Shown in pieces: positions 62,341 through 64,000 of a stretch of DNA of 64,000 nt. The notes beneath the pieces were generated by a model that was not told where the DNA came from, did not search any database, and was given only the letters and a program-made list of their open reading frames with translations. The position numbers were made by a program, and so were the translations under genes. The first letter of the stretch is position 1; each line of letters opens with the position of its first letter. Source of the stretch: Snowella sp. (GTDB lineage Bacteria > Cyanobacteriota > Cyanobacteriia > Cyanobacteriales > Microcystaceae). The DNA lies in NCBI GenBank assembly GCA_035285545.1, contig JAYKGY010000105.1, forward strand, positions 19,533 to 83,532, read 5' to 3'.

Positions 62341-64000
62341 ATGGTACTTTCTCAACCCTTACCCCACACCCCGACTCAATCTAGTGTGCCCTGTATAACC
62401 TACCAGGTGGCGATGCCTCAACCCACATCTCACCTTTTTGAAGTCACCTTACAAATTGAAAATTGGCAGGAAAAATACCTAGATTTAAAAATGCCTGTTT
62501 GGACACCCGGTTCCTATTTAGTCCGTGAATATGCCCGTCATCTCCAAGATTTCATCGCTAAGGATCAGGAAACGGGAGAAAAGTTATCGTTCGAGAAACG
62601 GAGTAAAAATCACTGGCAAATTGAGACCAAAGAAACGCAGCATATTAGCGTTAGTTATCGAATTTTTGCCTATGAACTTTCAGTTCGTACTAATCATTTG
62701 GATGATTCTCATGGTTATTTTAATGGGGCGGCCCTTTTCTGCTTTATTCCTGGCTATGAATCAACTCCAATATTGTTAGAAATTATTCCCCCCAAATCGG
62801 ATTGGCAAGTAGCAACAGCCTTAGAAAAAGTTGAAGGAAAAACGAATACTTTTTGGGTTCCTGATTTTGATACGTTAGTCGATAGCCCCGTTGAAGTGGG
62901 AACACATCAATATTATGAATTTCAAATCCGAGGTAAATCCCATCAACTCGCTATTTGGGGAACGGGTAATCTAGATCCCTCCAAGCTCTTGAAAGATATT
63001 GAAAAAGTGATTGAAGTCGAAGGCAATTTATTCAACGGTTTGCCCTACGACAATTATCTATTTTTGCTGCATCTATCCAACAATGGATTTGGAGGGTTAG
63101 AGCATAAAAATTCCTGTACTTTAAATTATTCGCGCTTTGGCTTTCGAGATACGGACAAATACAATCGTTTTATTCAATTAGTCGCCCATGAATTTTTCCA
63201 TTTATGGAATATCAAACGAATTCGTCCAAAGGCATTGGAAATTTTTGATTATGAGCAGGAAAATTATACACCGTCCCTTTGGTTTTCGGAGGGAACCACC
63301 AGTTACTATGATTTACTAATTCCGTTGCGGGCCGGTATTTATAACAGCAAAACTTTTTTAACGAATTTAAGTAAGGAAATTACCCGCTTTTTATTAACAC
63401 CAGGGCGCAATGTCCAACCCCTCGCGGAGTCGAGTTTTGATGCTTGGATTAAGCTCTATCGTCGAGATGCTAATAGTGATAATTCCCAAATGTCCTATTA
63501 CCTCAAGGGCGAATTGGTTTCTCTGCTCTTGGATTTATTGATTCGCGATCGCTTCCAAAATCAACGGTCACTAGACGATGTGATGCGACTCATGTGGGAG
63601 AAGTTTGGTCAATCGGAGATCGGATTTACCCCAGAGCAACTTAAGGAAGTGATTGAATCTGTGGCAGAAGTTGACTTAATGGACTTTTTCCAAACCTATT
63701 TAGAAGAAACGACAGAAATTCCGTTTAATGATTATCTCAACCGCTTCGGCTTGAAGTTACAACCTGTCATCGAAGGAAATACAACGCCCTACACTGGAAT
63801 GCGGGTTCAATCGGAGCAGGGCAAAGAAGTCGTCAAATTTGTGGCAATGGGATCTCCTGCCCAAAAAGCGGGGATTAGTCCTGAGGATGAATTACTCGCG
63901 ATCGATGGAATTAAGGTCACGGCGGAACAGTTAAACGAGCGGCTCAAAGATTACCAAGCAAATGATATGATTCAAATAACTGTGTTTCATCAGGATGTCT
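62341..64000 (+). CDS. M61 glycyl aminopeptidase with PDZ domain (truncated by window end; not in ORF track)
   Basis: MPVWTPGSYLVREY, LVDSPVE, GGLEH, VAHEFFHLWN, LWFSEGTTSYY, SYYLKG. Confidence 0.93.
   Translation, partial: MVLSQPLPHTPTQSSVPCITYQVAMPQPTSHLFEVTLQIENWQEKYLDLKMPVWTPGSYLVREYARHLQDFIAKDQETGEKLSFEKRSKNHWQIETKETQHISVSYRIFAYELSVRTNHLDDSHGYFNGAALFCFIPGYESTPILLEIIPPKSDWQVATALEKVEGKTNTFWVPDFDTLVDSPVEVGTHQYYEFQIRGKSHQLAIWGTGNLDPSKLLKDIEKVIEVEGNLFNGLPYDNYLFLLHLSNNGFGGLEHKNSCTLNYSRFGFRDTDKYNRFIQLVAHEFFHLWNIKRIRPKALEIFDYEQENYTPSLWFSEGTTSYYDLLIPLRAGIYNSKTFLTNLSKEITRFLLTPGRNVQPLAESSFDAWIKLYRRDANSDNSQMSYYLKGELVSLLLDLLIRDRFQNQRSLDDVMRLMWEKFGQSEIGFTPEQLKEVIESVAEVDLMDFFQTYLEETTEIPFNDYLNRFGLKLQPVIEGNTTPYTGMRVQSEQGKEVVKFVAMGSPAQKAGISPEDELLAIDGIKVTAEQLNERLKDYQANDMIQITVFHQDV

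Overview
Chromosomal segment of a unicellular beta-cyanobacterium. The HIP1 octamer GCGATCGC occurs at more than 1 per kb, and the proteins look Synechocystis-like (Snowella/Woronichinia/Microcystis neighbourhood, by inference). Most of the window is housekeeping: ilvC, gltX, clpP, bolA-grxD, nrrA, corA, NAD kinase, ureF, cobH, a gyrA/parC-like gene, hik2, wecB, dgdA(ktrE)-ktrB-ktrA, hpnH, petE, psb28, pdxA, nadA and sigD. Accessory modules are a HIP1-free NACHT-HEAT gene divergent from a DUF4258 gene, a proteobacterial/alpha-cyanobacterial-type phosphoribulokinase, a divergent spp/invertase pair with a MITE in the shared promoter, a 5-gene minor-pilin cluster, an HTH-NB-ARC-WD40 gene divergent from DUF1304, and a PEP-CTERM gene. 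The ORF track misses petM, a probable 6S RNA, a DedA remnant and an M61 peptidase running off the right end. Candidate operators are visible for NtcA (2), CRP (tandem), NrtR (tandem), RpaB/HLR1 and PetR. The most novel-looking pattern is that both STAND NTPases have an N-terminal HTH-like domain and face a divergent small gene whose promoter has the same TACAGT -10 plus phased direct repeats, suggesting STAND proteins acting as one-component transcription activators (hypothesis). All family calls are from motif recognition; no database searches were run.
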